A DNA stretch of 64,000 bases from Podospora anserina. Its lineage: Eukaryota. Location: the NCBI GenBank assembly GCA_017654855.1, contig CM030332.1, positions 3,038,001 to 3,102,000 on the forward strand, in the 5' to 3' direction. Below, piece by piece: positions 35,380 through 48,250 of this stretch (the first letter of the stretch is position 1; each line of letters opens with the position of its first letter). A model generated the notes under the pieces. The model saw nothing but the letters and a program-made list of their open reading frames with translations, was not told the origin of the DNA and did no database searches. The translations under genes were made by a program, and so were the position numbers.

Positions 35380-38300
35380 GATGAAGGAGGGGGGCTTCAA
35401 GAGCCAGAGGACGCCAGGACTTATATCGAAAGGGACGAAAGTGTGCGTTTAACGTCCTCGTGTGAGGCGGCAAGGATGGCCTGTCAGGAGGGCGGGAGTG
35501 GCTTCGGGAAAATCGGTAGTAGGGTGGAAGTGTAGCAGCGTGTGCCGACTCGTATGTTTTGTAGATTGCAATGGTTCGAGTCCTGTGCACACCGGCGCCT
35601 TCGAAGTAGTGGAGGTGAAACGCTTAAATGGCAAACTGTTGTGGGGGGTGGGATGACGAGAATGACGAGGGGTGGTGCAACGCCAGGGCACTCGGGTCTG
35701 AATGGCTCGCGCGCTGTCGACTTTTCTTTGTTGACGGACAGCCAGGTGTTCAGGTAATGGGCGGGATGATCGGCAGGCCTCGTTCGATGGGAGAAGCACG
35801 GTCACGTTTTGGGTGGGTGGGAAAGACGACAGGTACAAGGCCGTTGCGATATTGCGGTCCTTTCCTTTCCTTTGTCTACAATGGCAGCAGCGGTCCGTCT
35901 CTGCCTATCTGGCTGTCGAGACGGGGCCAGGCTGCGGGCGGGGTGCTTCCTCAGACGCTGCAGAATTGGGGGGGTCTGACTCGATTGGCACTGACAGCGG
36001 ACGATCGCGGGGAATGTGTTGGGGAAAGTGGTGTTTGAGAGTGAGATGGAAAGTTCAAGCAGCTGCGGATCAGTTTGAGGTGTGAAGAGGAAGGAAAAGA
36101 AGGGGGTCGTTCTGTCCTCTTGCTCTTGCCTCTTGACTTTGCCAGTTCCATCACCACCGACAAGCGGCGGTGGTAGTACTAACTACTATGGGAAGCGGCG
36201 TCGATCACTGGTTCGGCCAGCACAGACGCCGCTATCAGCGTGTCCATCACACATTGGGCGATGTGATTGGCTACCGCTCCAACGAGTGGACCAAACACTG
36301 CTGCTATGACCAATGGCGTCTGCAGAAAGGCTGCCGGTCTGGGGGATAGCGTCCCCATCCTCCAGGGGAACGACCCCGGGACTAGCAGTTTAAAGTGAAG
36401 CCAAGATCCCAGCTTTCGACGTCACGGCCCCACATTAAACTTCACCCAATCGAACGATATGCGGGGTAGTCGAACAACTGCCTGTCTCTCTCGCAACTCC
36501 CTGACATCCCCTAGCACGAGACATGTGCAGTGCTGCCTCTTGGGCGCTGAAAACGGTCAGCACGATGGGATTGAAGGATGCGCATTGCATGATGTCGCAT
36601 CTTTGGCAGCCTTCCACAGAAACCGTGAAAACAAAGATACCCTCTTGGCGAAGAGATGCATCACTGCGGCGGGCGAGCATGTGGCTTTGAGCTTAGCCAA
36701 ATTAGGCATGTTGTAGTCTACTATAAAACGGCCTGGACTGGAATTTACCGTCCGACCATCCATACGTCCCTCGTCCTTGCCATTGCCTCTCACGAGATGC
36801 ACATCACTTTTGCCACAGAACTGTCTTGTTTGCTGATGAGATCTGCCCCTAATCAACAATGACTGCAGCGAGATCCAATATTGGCATATGATAAGGGCGA
36901 CGCAGGACCCCTTCTTTCCTCTCCCCCAGTCAACGGACCGTCAAACACAACCGCTTCCCCTCTTTTCACCGGTCAACAGCTGCAATGGTGCCGGGCTGCA
37001 AACTGATGCAACCACCAAATGCATCATATTCGTAAGCCGCCTTCTGGACTCTCAAAATGTCATGCGAAGACAGCTGTGTAGGGAAAAGGAGCAATCCATC
37101 GATTGACGGACAGTTGCTCCGGCTGCTTTCCCCCCACCCGATCACTCTCAGGAAGGGTCTGAAACCTTTTGTCTTGGAGACCACGACACCATCAATGAGA
37201 TCAACAGAGCTTTCCTGTCTATCTTGTGGGGGCCTTCCCTGCACCACCACAACCACCACGTCTCAGCTACATGAAAGGATCCCATCCACCAATTCCAGGT
37301 GACCATGCCCGCAGTAGTCGCGCCAACTATCCTCTGACTTGGCTCCTTGTTAGTCCCCAGTCTGGCACACCTGGCCAATTCGGTGCCGGGGAGATAAAGC
37401 ATACTGCAGCAACCCAAGCCAGCCCAGCAACTCCAAAGCAACCCTCCGGAAGAGAGCAATGCCAATGAAGCCGTCTTTCCGCACCTGAAGGGATCTGGTT
37501 GACTCCAGTTTTCCAGCCTGCCTGCATGACGGTTGAGTTGTAGATTGGCGAATCCTTTTACACTTGCATACTACCCCCTGCTCCATCGCCTCTCGCTTCC
37601 AACCGTTCTGTCAGTCTTGAGTGCTGTACAGTACTTTGCTCGAGATTGGATTGACAAGAAGCTTAATGGGCCGAACACCACCATTCCCCCATTCTCATCG
37701 AGCCCCTCAATGAGCGACGTGGCAAATGTCATCACCTCCCATCTCGCCAAAGTGTTCCGGAGATAACACCGCCCAAACTGACCACTGAGAAGGTGGCGTA
37801 CACCATGATGATGGCAGTCGATCGGGCATTTTGAAATGTCGTAGGTTGTCAAACGCCAGATTGCTCATTCGCCATGTGCGTAAGGAGGTTTCATATTCTC
37901 AGCAAGCCACACCATCAGACAACAGTGTGACATATGTCCCATAGCACCATAAGGCATACACTGGGGAAGCACAAACCCCAGCAAATGTGTGAGACACAAC
38001 TTGGAAGGCAGCGGGGGTAATATATGCCTCTCGAGTTCAACGAGACACGCGGGCGTCATTGTTTTCACTTGAAGGCTTCAAACTTCGCCGAGTTCCGTTT
38101 CACGAACATGAAGCTGAACCTCGTGTGTAGCTACAACTTTCTCTTTTCAATGGGTCATCGAACTGGCACTTCTATACGGTGTTCCAGGCCTGTCCTATCG
38201 GAACCCAGCATCGTATTCTCAACTACCTAACTTTTTTCTGGTCCCATCCCATCTTATTACCATCTGCAAATTCCCCGCATTTGTCATCATGAGGGGCCAA

Positions 38301-39795
38301 AAGTCAACCCAAGTATGACAACCTGCTGGCTCTTTCCCCCATCCCTACCTACCTACCTACTTCACCCAATCTTTACGGATCACCTGGTAACACACCGTTG
38401 AAACTTTAAATCTCCCACAGACGTCTGGGGGAGGGGGTTCGTCTCCCCAGAGAACAGACAATTTGACTTTGACAACTCCCATGGATCTGGGAACATGGGT
38501 CGCAGGGGAGGTAGCTAACCTCCAGGAAAAGGGGTTTTAGCTCCAAGGGAGTTTTCTACTGGATTTGATCAATGGGGAAATATTCTCCTGCTTTGGGGGC
38601 CCAAAAGTTGCCCGTAGAGCGAGAGAGAGCAAACCGGTTTCCACAATCAAAATGACAGGTCTGTTTGTCCCCGTAGAAGAGTGTGCGCGACCAGAGTCCA
38701 TGCATGCTCTTTGGCCTTTCAACAACACAGTGGACAAACCTTGGTGGTGTTAAGACGGACATGTGGAGGGTGGAAGCCCGAGCCAATAACCCACACACAG
38801 ACACCCACACACACACAAACACACTCACACACTTACTTTTGTTTCTTGTCAAGGTGGGTTGGGAGAGATGGGGGAGAAAGGCAAGTCTGTGTGACAGGTC
38901 CCTCACCTCTCACCTCTCTCACTGCATCTCTCCTTCGTGTCTGTAGACATTCGTTCTTCCTCCATTTTTAGACCCAAGCCTCCCGTTCTATTCATACATT
39001 CTGTTTATCAAGGTATCACAACAACGGGTAACTGCACTGCTCAATCCCGCCCCTCGCTGCCTTGTCATTCTCGCCTTCATGTCTTGTCTTGTGCCCCCTC
39101 TCACCCATCACCCAAGCACCACCCCCACTAGCGACCCAAAAGGGGGGTTGCCGACGGGGATACAACGGGTTTGTCCACATCTCCAACCTTCCCTGGTAGA
39201 CTAAACAAAAGCAAGTCCATTTCCAGGAGGCCTTCCAACCCGGGGCTGGGCTCGTGTGATCACTCCCTATCGGTAATCCCCCCAACCAACACCACAAACC
39301 ATCCAGATAGATGGGTATCTATACTCGTAGTTTGTCCCTATCTATCTATTTCCCCTACCGGTGGGGCTTGATAACAACACAACGATTGACATCGTTGATA
39401 TTCACCATCAGCCGTTTCTATCTGCACAAGAGCACTCACTCCATCCACCTGCAAAAGGTAGTAAAACAGTCTTCATAAAAAAGGGGGCTGATGAGACAGA
39501 AAGCATGCTCAAGTCAAGATCTCCTGTCCTTGCATACCACTCGAACCAGCTCCCGTTCCACATGGCCCAATTCCTACATAACGTCAACAATCAAACCCCG
39601 TAAACATACCACCAGACCTCCGTGCAATAAACCCCCATCTGTATCACTTCACATGCACCGTCACCTCACATTCGCAAACCCCGCCCATTCATAACAAAGG
39701 CAAAGACAATTATGGGGTATCTCATCCACCGCCTACACCACCTCATGTAAAACAACAAAGCAAAGCTAGCTCACTAAATGGTATATACACTCTCT

Positions 39796-39828
39796 CGCTC
39801 GCTTGCTTGCTTGCTTGCTCGCTCGCTT
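39796..39828. repeat. (GCTT/GCTC)n tetranucleotide tract
   Basis: Directly visible. Confidence 0.8.
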
Positions 39829-40331
39829 CAATATGTTTATCTCATGTTATGTTGTTATCTTTCCCCCACAAAAATTAATAGAAAGGAAAATTTCAAATAC
39901 AAATAGAATACATACATCACCCATTGTTCTTCGTTCAACATTGCCAAAAGACCTCCCTTCCCCCTTTTCCTAGTCCCCCCCCTCCCCCACGTGAATTATC
40001 TCTTTTTTTTTCTCCCCCCGTTGCACAAAAAAAACTAAAAAAAAAAAAAAAACTTAACAAGCCCAGAAAAATGCCAACCCAAATTTCCCTTACTACTCCG
40101 TTTTTTGATGCAAGATGCAAATGTTTGTTGTGTTGCTTGATGGGGCCGCCATATACTCGTTACAGTAAGTTTTCCGCTCGAAAAAAAACAAAAAATCAAG
40201 CCATAAAAAATAGTTTTTGTTGTTGTCCACCCACCCTCCCCTCATCAAATCAATCCGCTGACCCCTCCCCCATCGCTAGCCCAATCAACAAGCGCAAGGA
40301 GAAGAATCACCATCGTGATGACAACTCAATC

Positions 40332-43217
40332 CTAGTGAATCGCACTGGGCGTAGGCGTGAGATCCCCCCCATCTTGCCCCCCCTCCTTGGAAGCAATCGC
40401 AGTCACCAAGTCATTACCCGTCCTTTCCTCACCACCCGCCTCGTCCGCATCGTCCTCAAAAACCACCGGAATCATCGTCGACCCGCTCATAACGTCGTCT
40501 CCTGCCATGGAAGTAACCGGGGTAAAAGCCGTAATCGTCGAACGTTCGTCGTCATCATCATCGGGGCCGCTCTCTTCCGAGCCTCCCGCCTTTCGTTGCT
40601 CCTTCGTGGCAGGCCGCCAGGTGTCCTCATCCCAGGGGTTGACCAAATCATCCGAAACACTGTGAGGCCTTTCCCTTCGTTCTTCCTCCAGGTCCTCGTG
40701 CGGCTTTTCCGATTGTTCTCGCTGGTCGGGCTGGCTCACTTGCTCCGGCTGCTCCGGTTGCTTCTGTGGAGCCGGTGTAGGCCCCGGGTTCCCGATGATC
40801 CACAGGGTACCATCTTCGTCCTCCACCTCCTCCGGCTGGTGGTATTCCTCCGGCTCGTCCCTCTTCCTCCAGTCCCGGTTCCATGGGCAACGCCAGTCAT
40901 TATCCGCGCGCGCTCTTGAACACCCTCGTGGGTAGAAGTACTTAGATCCTCCCATTCGGCCGTCTCTGGCACACCTAGCTCCGCCGAATTCCCAGTCCCT
41001 TCCCCTTCTTCCTGGCCCAATACCATTGACATGAGTCCTGTCTATCCGCTCCCAAATATCGTTGCCCCAAACACCATCATTAGGCAGCCGGCTCGCCGGT
41101 GCCGATGCGGGTTGGGATATTGGTGCCGGGGTTTCGACTGGCGGCTGTACACTCTCCTGCTTCTGAGGAAGCTGAGCCTTGAGTCTGGCTTGTGACTGAT
41201 CCCAACTTGCCTTCCATAATACGTTGGTATTCCTTGCTGTTTCGGCGGTATGTTGGGCTTCGGGTTGGTGTTGCTCTTGGTGTTGCTCTTTGTGTTGCTC
41301 TTGGTGTTGCTCTTGGTGTTGCTCTTGGTGTTGGCCTTGTATTGGGATCTGGCCCTGTTGCTGGTGCTGACTTTCTTGTAGATGCTGGCTTTGCTGTTGA
41401 GCAGCGATCATGCCGCTTTCTTTCAGAGGTTCCATCGCCCCGACACTTCCGAAGAAGATGGCGTCATTTACCAAGTTCGGGTAGAGGAATCCAACCCAGC
41501 TCATGCTAAAAACCTGCTTGAATCCGCGATCCAGGATGAGGTACAGCATCGAGACATCGATGAGTTTGGCCATGGCTAACCGTAGATTTCTCATCAACAC
41601 ATTTGTGCCCTGCTCATACATCATGCTAAGAGCCCATCCGAGTGGGTTGTATAGGTTGAAAAGCTCTGGGTTGGGCTCTTGAAGACTGTTGGGAGAGCGC
41701 TCTTGGAGGATGGGAAGGTATTCTCCGATGATTGCCGTAGCCTCGTTAAGACGAGCCACGGCGAAATCCATCATGGCGGTGTATTCGATGGAAGCACCGG
41801 CGATGTAGAGAAAGGTGTTGAATCGGAGCGGCTCGCCATAAAGTGGAGCGTTTCTGTCGTAGTAGGCATCTGGGTAGCTCTTGAGATACATGAATTGCAG
41901 CGCATAGCCTAGTTGCATGGCATCATGGCCGTCAAGCTCAAAGCGAATGTATCCAGCCTAGCACATATGTCAGGGCACTAGATCACGTTGAGGGGATCTG
42001 GAATACCTACTGGATCTTTGGGAGGGAGGCGCTCTCTCATGAACTCGGATTCTCGAGACAAGATGTCATGATGTACCTGCCAAGACTTGTCTTTACATAC
42101 CACTAATACGTCCCATTCATATTGAGTATCCCAGAGTCTATTAAACCATTAGATAACATGTTCTTGTTCACAAAAACCTACCAACTTACGAATATTCTCC
42201 CTTATCGTGAGCGGCAATCACCGTGGCAGTGCGCTCTGCCCTTTGCTTGATAAAGTCAAGTTGTGCGGCATCAACCGCTGGCGCTTCGCTGGTCACATTC
42301 TCAGGCTCTTCTCTGATGGGTGAAGGTATGTCGGGGGCCGAGAAGCGACGGGCTCTCTGACGAGCAATTACCATGTCTGATTCAGAGGTGCTGGGCTTCT
42401 TAGTGGGTGAATCACAGACTCCAGCGCTGTTGTGGCGTTTCCTATCCGCTGGTTTCGTTGCTGAAGTCGAAGACAAATTCCTCTTGTGGTGGCCCTTATG
42501 CCTAGATTTCGATTTGGGAGTCGTCTTGGCTGTCACCGGCAAAGCTGGCGGCGGCGGTTGTGAGCTCAGGGAACCCTGGTGCAAGGTTTTCTCCCTGGAA
42601 CCTGGTTGAGACCCGGGTGTTTTCGCCTTTGCGTCGCTCGAGTTTCTCCAGTTGCTCGACTGCGAAGATTTTGAGGGCATTTTTGCAGTGGGCTCATGGG
42701 CAATCGAGGGATATTCCGTGTCTGCTGGCTTGGTTGTGCTGGTTTTGGGTGCCTTGGTGAGAACTTGGACTTTCTTGCCAGAGGCGACTTGGGCATAACT
42801 TTGAGTTCTGGTGACAGTGGGGGCGCTTTTTGCTTTATGTTTTTCGGGTGACTGAGGTTTTGGCTGAGGTGGATTCCGTGGCGGTTCGCGAGCCGGCTTT
42901 TTCAACTGAGGAAACTCGGCGGAGGAGTTGTCTTTGGTATCCTTGACCTGGCGGTTCGGGCCGGGCCCTAATGCAGTGTTCCTGTCTCGACCTGGCTTGT
43001 GGTTTTGTTTGTGTTTTTGAAGCTGGTCTTGAGCACGCATCGCACCCTCAGGGCACTCCTTTTCTCCTTCTTTGGTGGTCGTTGGGGGCTCCTTGGTATC
43101 CTTGGTGGCTGGCTTAGACTTTGAAGCGAGGACTTTGCGATTCTTAATCGTGTCTCCTTTTAAAATTCTAGCATAGGAGAGCGAGGGTTGCCTCGCTGGA
43201 GGGTCTCGGGAATTCAT
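40332..43217 (-). CDS. BTB/POZ-like domain protein with long disordered arms, 3 exons
   Basis: Introns 42189-42138 (GTAAGT..CTAAT..TAG) and 42010-41958 (GTAGGT..CTGAC..TAG) join the 343-aa and 528-aa ORFs in frame. The junction reads WDVLVVCKDKSWQVHHDILSRESEFMRERLPPKDP|AGYIRFELDGHDAMQLGYALQFMYLKSY. QEQH repeat near 41265-41330. Confidence 0.8.
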
Positions 43218-44397
43218 GGCAAGTGCCGGCGGCTATGCTGTATCCGGTGCCAATGCGGCTCAAGGTGGATGTGATGAGCGGGTGGTGATGTCAAGGTCGC
43301 ATGCGAAGCATCAACATGGTCGGGGCAGATCGCTGCAGGAAGGAAACAAAATAAAACCTGCCCAAAAACTTGATCCAAATTGGACGATTGTTCGCTTTTG
43401 AGGCAGATGGGTGTGAAATATGAAATGTGTGTGTGCTGTGCGGGCTGTTAGCAAGTTGACGAGCTTGAGGAAGTCAATCGCAGTTGTGCAGAAAAAGGTA
43501 ACTTGGTTGGACTTTGTCTGAGAGATCAAGTGATCAAGAAAGAATCGTGGATGTCACGCCGTGGTTTTGTGGTGTGCGGTCGTCGCAAACATCGGCCTCT
43601 TGTTGAAATTTTGGTGTTGTTTGTTGACGGCGATGCTCCACGGCCAGCTTCCCTCTCCAGACTTTTTGCACTTTTTGCGCAATTTTTCCGTTTTTCGCGG
43701 CTTTGAGCAACCCGGTCGGTCGCCAAAATAGAGACAAAATGCTCAGAACACGCAAATTGGCCGCTCAATGGTAGAACTGGAGCTCAATCAAAAAAAAGGT
43801 TGTTGCGCTGGTCGGTTTTCGTAGGTTAATATGTGTTGCTCTCGTGGCTTTGGAGTGCATGATGGGTGCATCGGCCCTCAATTCACCTTCACTGTTGGGA
43901 TTCACACAAGCATCATTTCATCTTATCTCGGCTGGCTGCTTGCTCCGTGCAGCAGCGGGCAGCGGGCCGTTCCTGCTTTGTATTTCACTAGATCACTGAC
44001 AGAGGGGGAAGGCACGATCAAGCCCGGGCTAAGGCAGGCAGGCTATTTTGGGGCAGACATCCCATCCCTTTTGATTAAAGTACCTTGATTCTTGGGACAC
44101 CTAATGGAACCTGATAAACACCCTTGACTCCATTCCTAACCTGGCGCAATGCAATGCTCGCTCAAAGCCACTTGTATAACCGTCCTGTTCTGCAACACAG
44201 TCATGACACCACGACTCGTCTCATTCACCGTGGACATGTGCCCCTCTCTGAACGAGGTGCCAGATGCTAGTTCCAAATGCCAATGTCAGCCTTCTCCTGA
44301 CTAATATATGCCACAACCCCTCCTACTTGGCGCCATTGCTTTCGGTTTGCCGTACGTCGAGGATGGATATTCTTTCGCATGCTGTGTCATTCAGATC

Positions 44398-45659
44398 CTA
44401 GGACTTGATCATGAAGATCTGGGGGATGTCAGCACTGGAAGAAACGATAGAATCCCAACGGTAGCTTACCTGATTGAGCGCCGCACTATCTGCAAAGGCC
44501 ATCTTCTTCTGGGCAATAAACCGTGACCTTGCCAGGTAGCGGGTATTCGTAGTCACAGGCGTCGAGTAACCGCTCCCAGTTGGCGTTGACGCATCGCTTT
44601 CAACTGCCGGGGTGACACTCTCCTCTTTTTTGCGCTTCTTCTCCTTGGAACTGCTTGCGCCAGCCTCTGAACCTGATTCTGACACTGGCTTGTCCTTCTT
44701 GTTCTTGTCTTTCTTGTCCTTCTTCTCTTTCTTTTCTTTCTTCTCCTTCCTTTCCTTCTTCTTCTCCTTCTTCGCCTTCTTAGCATCCTCAGCCGATGTG
44801 TCTACCTCCTCTTCTGGAGACTCGCTCTTCTGCTTCTCCCGCTTGCTCGACTTCTCCGACTTGGTTGGCTCTGTGTCGCTTTCCGCCGAGTCCACCTTGC
44901 GTTTCTTCGACTTTTTGTCCTTCTTCTTCTCCTTCGAGCCGGCACTGTCTGTTTCAACATCAGATTCAGTTTTCCTCTTCTTGAACTTCTTCTCCTTCTT
45001 GCGCGCCTTCTCGTCGTCCTTTTCTGTGTTCTCGTCGGCCTTGCGCTTTTTTGATGGGAGATCTGAAGGCTCCGAGGCTTCTGTCTCGGCGCTCTCTTCT
45101 GTGGACTCCTCGGAACTCTCCTGAGCACCATTGACCTCGCCCTTGTCGGCACCCTCTTGTGGCTCCTCCTTCAACACATCTCCCACCAACCAACCGCCCC
45201 TAACGAAGCGAATCGTCCCTAATCTCCGCTCAAGGTATGAGTTCATCTTTAGATCCTCGCGCTTCTTCAGCTCACTCTCCAGCGCCTCCTCGCTCTTGCC
45301 GTTGAGTCTCCCGAGCAAGTGTTGGAAGTCGAACAGTCCTGTGCACTCGTCTCCATTGTTTCGTTTGGCTCCAAGACCGAGGGTGTCGTCCTTCAAGGTG
45401 ACCTGGATATGCGATGCGCTGGCAGCTCCATAGTTTTCGGCATGCGCCGCGTCCTTGGCTCCGAGGTACTGGCCCGGCTCCCACCCCTGCGACCGCAGCA
45501 TCTTCTGGCCAAAAGATTCGGTGTTGCGCATCCATCTGTTGTTATTCGGATCGTTGCCGAGTCTCCGTTTGCTGTTCGCGGGCTTTGTCAGTTTCTGTTG
45601 GTTCCAGGACTCAATTACACACAAAACGCGTCTTACTTCTTTGCACCGGCGAGACCCAT
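44398..45659 (-). CDS. PXR1: G-patch ribosome biogenesis factor Pxr1/Gno1 (PinX1 homologue), 3 exons
   Basis: MGLAGAKN|KRRLGNDPNNNRW; G-patch FGQKMLRSQGWEPGQYLG...LGLGA; KKE-rich tail; RFIAQKKMA...LNQ|IFMIKS. Introns 45636-45572 and 44469-44419. Confidence 0.95.
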
Positions 45660-46353
45660 TTTGCCCAGAAGTTGCCCGGCGCAGCCGAGCGTGAGATATT
45701 GAGGGGGCGGGGGTTAGGGAAAGCTGACGATCACAAAGTCTTCGAGGTACCTGGTGTTTCTTGGAGTTGCTTGTGTGGAACTTTTTTTTGGCGGGGAACT
45801 GGTGCAAAATGATTCTGACGCCCCACACCGCCCAGATTCGATGGATGCCAAGGCTGCCATCTTGGATGAGTGGGTCCGGTCTGCAGGGTTCCTGCCTCAA
45901 CGGTCAGGGGTTGCAACATCACGGTTCTCGATGTCATCGTGCCTTCCTCGGGCAACTTCTTTGTTTTAAATGACTACCTACGATACAAGTACGAATTTAG
46001 CCCATATTATGAGAGAGTCATCATGGCTTGTGGACTATCATCGTCCGCTCTTGATACCTGTTCTCTTGATATAGGCTTCCTCATGCTTGTCCACGATGTG
46101 GCATGTAGCTAGAACCTTGGATGGTCTACACAGAACTCTATGAGACCCCTTATCTAGGTAGCTAGGTAGGCTTCTTTGGCTGATGTGAGATACACCTTAC
46201 CAAACCTTCCCTCAACCATCTTCAATCAGGTAGTGGGCGCGCCACCAAACCCAAAGGGCCTGGCTTTGCTGGCAGGGGAGGTCTTTCAAATTTCTTCAAC
46301 TTTTCCCAGACAAGTCAAACATACCACACACAACCCGTCACCGTATAAAGGTC

Positions 46354-47149
46354 ATGGCGATAATGGCGAAGGAGAGAAGAACTCGAAATCTCAGAGTGAA
46401 AGAACCCCGGCCGTCCTGCAACCGCCGTCGCCAGTCCACCAAGATCGACAAGGGCTTGTCCAAGAGGTAAGTCGCCGCTTCTGTTACCACCTGTACACTC
46501 AAGACCAACCAACTCCAGGGACGCCAAATTCAAACGCCGCACCAAATCCCTCAAGAAAGCCATCAAAAAGAACCGCCGCCTAACCGAGCATCTCAACGAG
46601 CAGCTGACCCGTCTGACCACAACAATCGAACAAGCCAACACCCACCTGCCTGACACCAGCCAAATCAACAGCGAGATGAGAAATCTCAGCAATGGCATGG
46701 GAGTCCTCCTCGGTGGCATGGCAGAATACAAAGAAGGCATGCAACAACTCGGTGACGAGATGCAAATCGCGGAGCACAATCTGGAACTGTTCAGCGAGAC
46801 TATAAGAAGGCTCTTTGACAATGGCACGGAAGCACTCATGGACGATTTTCAGCCGTCCAAGAGAGATTTTGGGGTGATCTACCGACTCACCGAAGCCATC
46901 CGTCAGCGGACGCAGAAGAGTGATGTCGGGCGGGGAATCAGCAGACCTGTCGACCGCCTGTTTGGGTGTATGTCGATCCTCCGCAGGTGTTTGGATGACA
47001 GTATGGAAACCCGCCTGAAGAACTTTGAGGGGAGGAAGACAAACCAGTTGTCAAACAAATTGTCTTCATTTGTTACTCGTGAGGAAGGGGCATGCAAGGT
47101 TGGAGGAGGTAATGGAAGGCAGAGACCAGGCAGAGAACGGTACAGTTAG
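46354..47149 (+). CDS. Hypothetical protein, basic N-terminus then predicted coiled coil, 2 or more exons
   Basis: ATG 46354; intron 46467-46518 (GTAAGT..CAG, 52 nt) splices in frame into the frame of the 157-aa ORF (DAKFKRRTKSLKKAIKKNRRLTEHLNEQLTRLTTTIEQ...). 3' end uncertain. Confidence 0.55.
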
Positions 47150-47363
47150 CCAATCCATATGCATCTTTTGTTCATACCCATCACACAACCCACTCCCAAG
47201 ACCACACACCCAAATCAGCACAAAAAAAATCACTTTCTCTATTCCCCATCTTTAAACCTCAATTAAAACGCCCCTGGTATTATTCATTCCCCCAGTCCAT
47301 CCATTTCAATCCCATATCGTAACCATATTATACACTTCCCCATCCTCTCCCTTCCTCCTGCTC

Positions 47364-47731
47364 CTAAACCTTGAATCCAAACCCAGCCATACAACTCCTA
47401 TACTGATCAATGGTCGACAAGCAGTCCTTTTGTGGGTCGGCAGCCTTGGAGAAGAGCATGCACTCGTCGCGCTTGGCCTTTTCGTCTTTGCACACGCAGC
47501 AGGGCTATTATTTCTTTTTGTTAACCCCCCCCCCCTAGCTCAATCGTTCAACAGTTAAACGTGTGACGGACCTTGGGCTTGTCAGCAGCAGCAGCAGCAG
47601 CTGACTGGGTGATCACCGGCGCAACCGGGGCGCTGGAGGCTATGAGGGGTGTTAATCACGCCATCCATGAGACAACGAGAGGGGACGGGGAACATACCGA
47701 TTGAGCTGGCGGTAGCTTGGGCGGAGGACAT
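47364..47731 (-). CDS. COX17: Mitochondrial copper chaperone Cox17, 80 aa, 3 exons (missed by the ORF track)
   Basis: Exons 47731-47698, 47639-47572 and 47504-47364. KPKPCCVCKDEKAKRDECMLF...DCLSTIDQYRSCMAGFGFKV gives CCxC plus twin CX9C. Confidence 0.96.
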
Positions 47732-48250
47732 TTTGACTTTTTTCTTGACGACAAGTGCTTTGTTTGAGTTGGGGGAAAGGAAAAAAGGTGAAAGAAGTCG
47801 GGAGCTATCAGTAAACTGAATGAGCAAGTTGATTTGTCAATTGGCGATTTCTAGAACGGTTTTCCCCCAAGCATTGCCGCTGAGCCGCCGCGAAAACGCA
47901 TGCCAAGACGGAATGGCGTCAGATCTCTCAGCATTTTTTGTGGGGAGCTGGGGGGCAGGGGTGGAGGAGGGGCCACGTGATACCCCTTGGGGTCAACATC
48001 TGAGGTACAGCAACATGACTTGGCTAACTTCAATTTCCACTAGTTGACCGAGACATATATATCCCAGTAAACAGCTATGGTTTCCAGAGTTACAGATTCC
48101 CTCCCACTTTACTAACACCACCACCATCCCCCTTTCACAAGTAAACTCCCCGACAATCCCAATCCATACTTTCCAACCACCTGTTTCACCCTCCTACACT
48201 CACCTGATCAATGTCATCCCCCAGAAAAATCCTCCCATCGCATCACCGCC

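Noticed and set aside
39924..40919. 331-aa plus ORF with a poly-Lys stretch
   Set aside because: Antisense to the BTB gene end and its 3'UTR; the Lys run comes from an A homopolymer.
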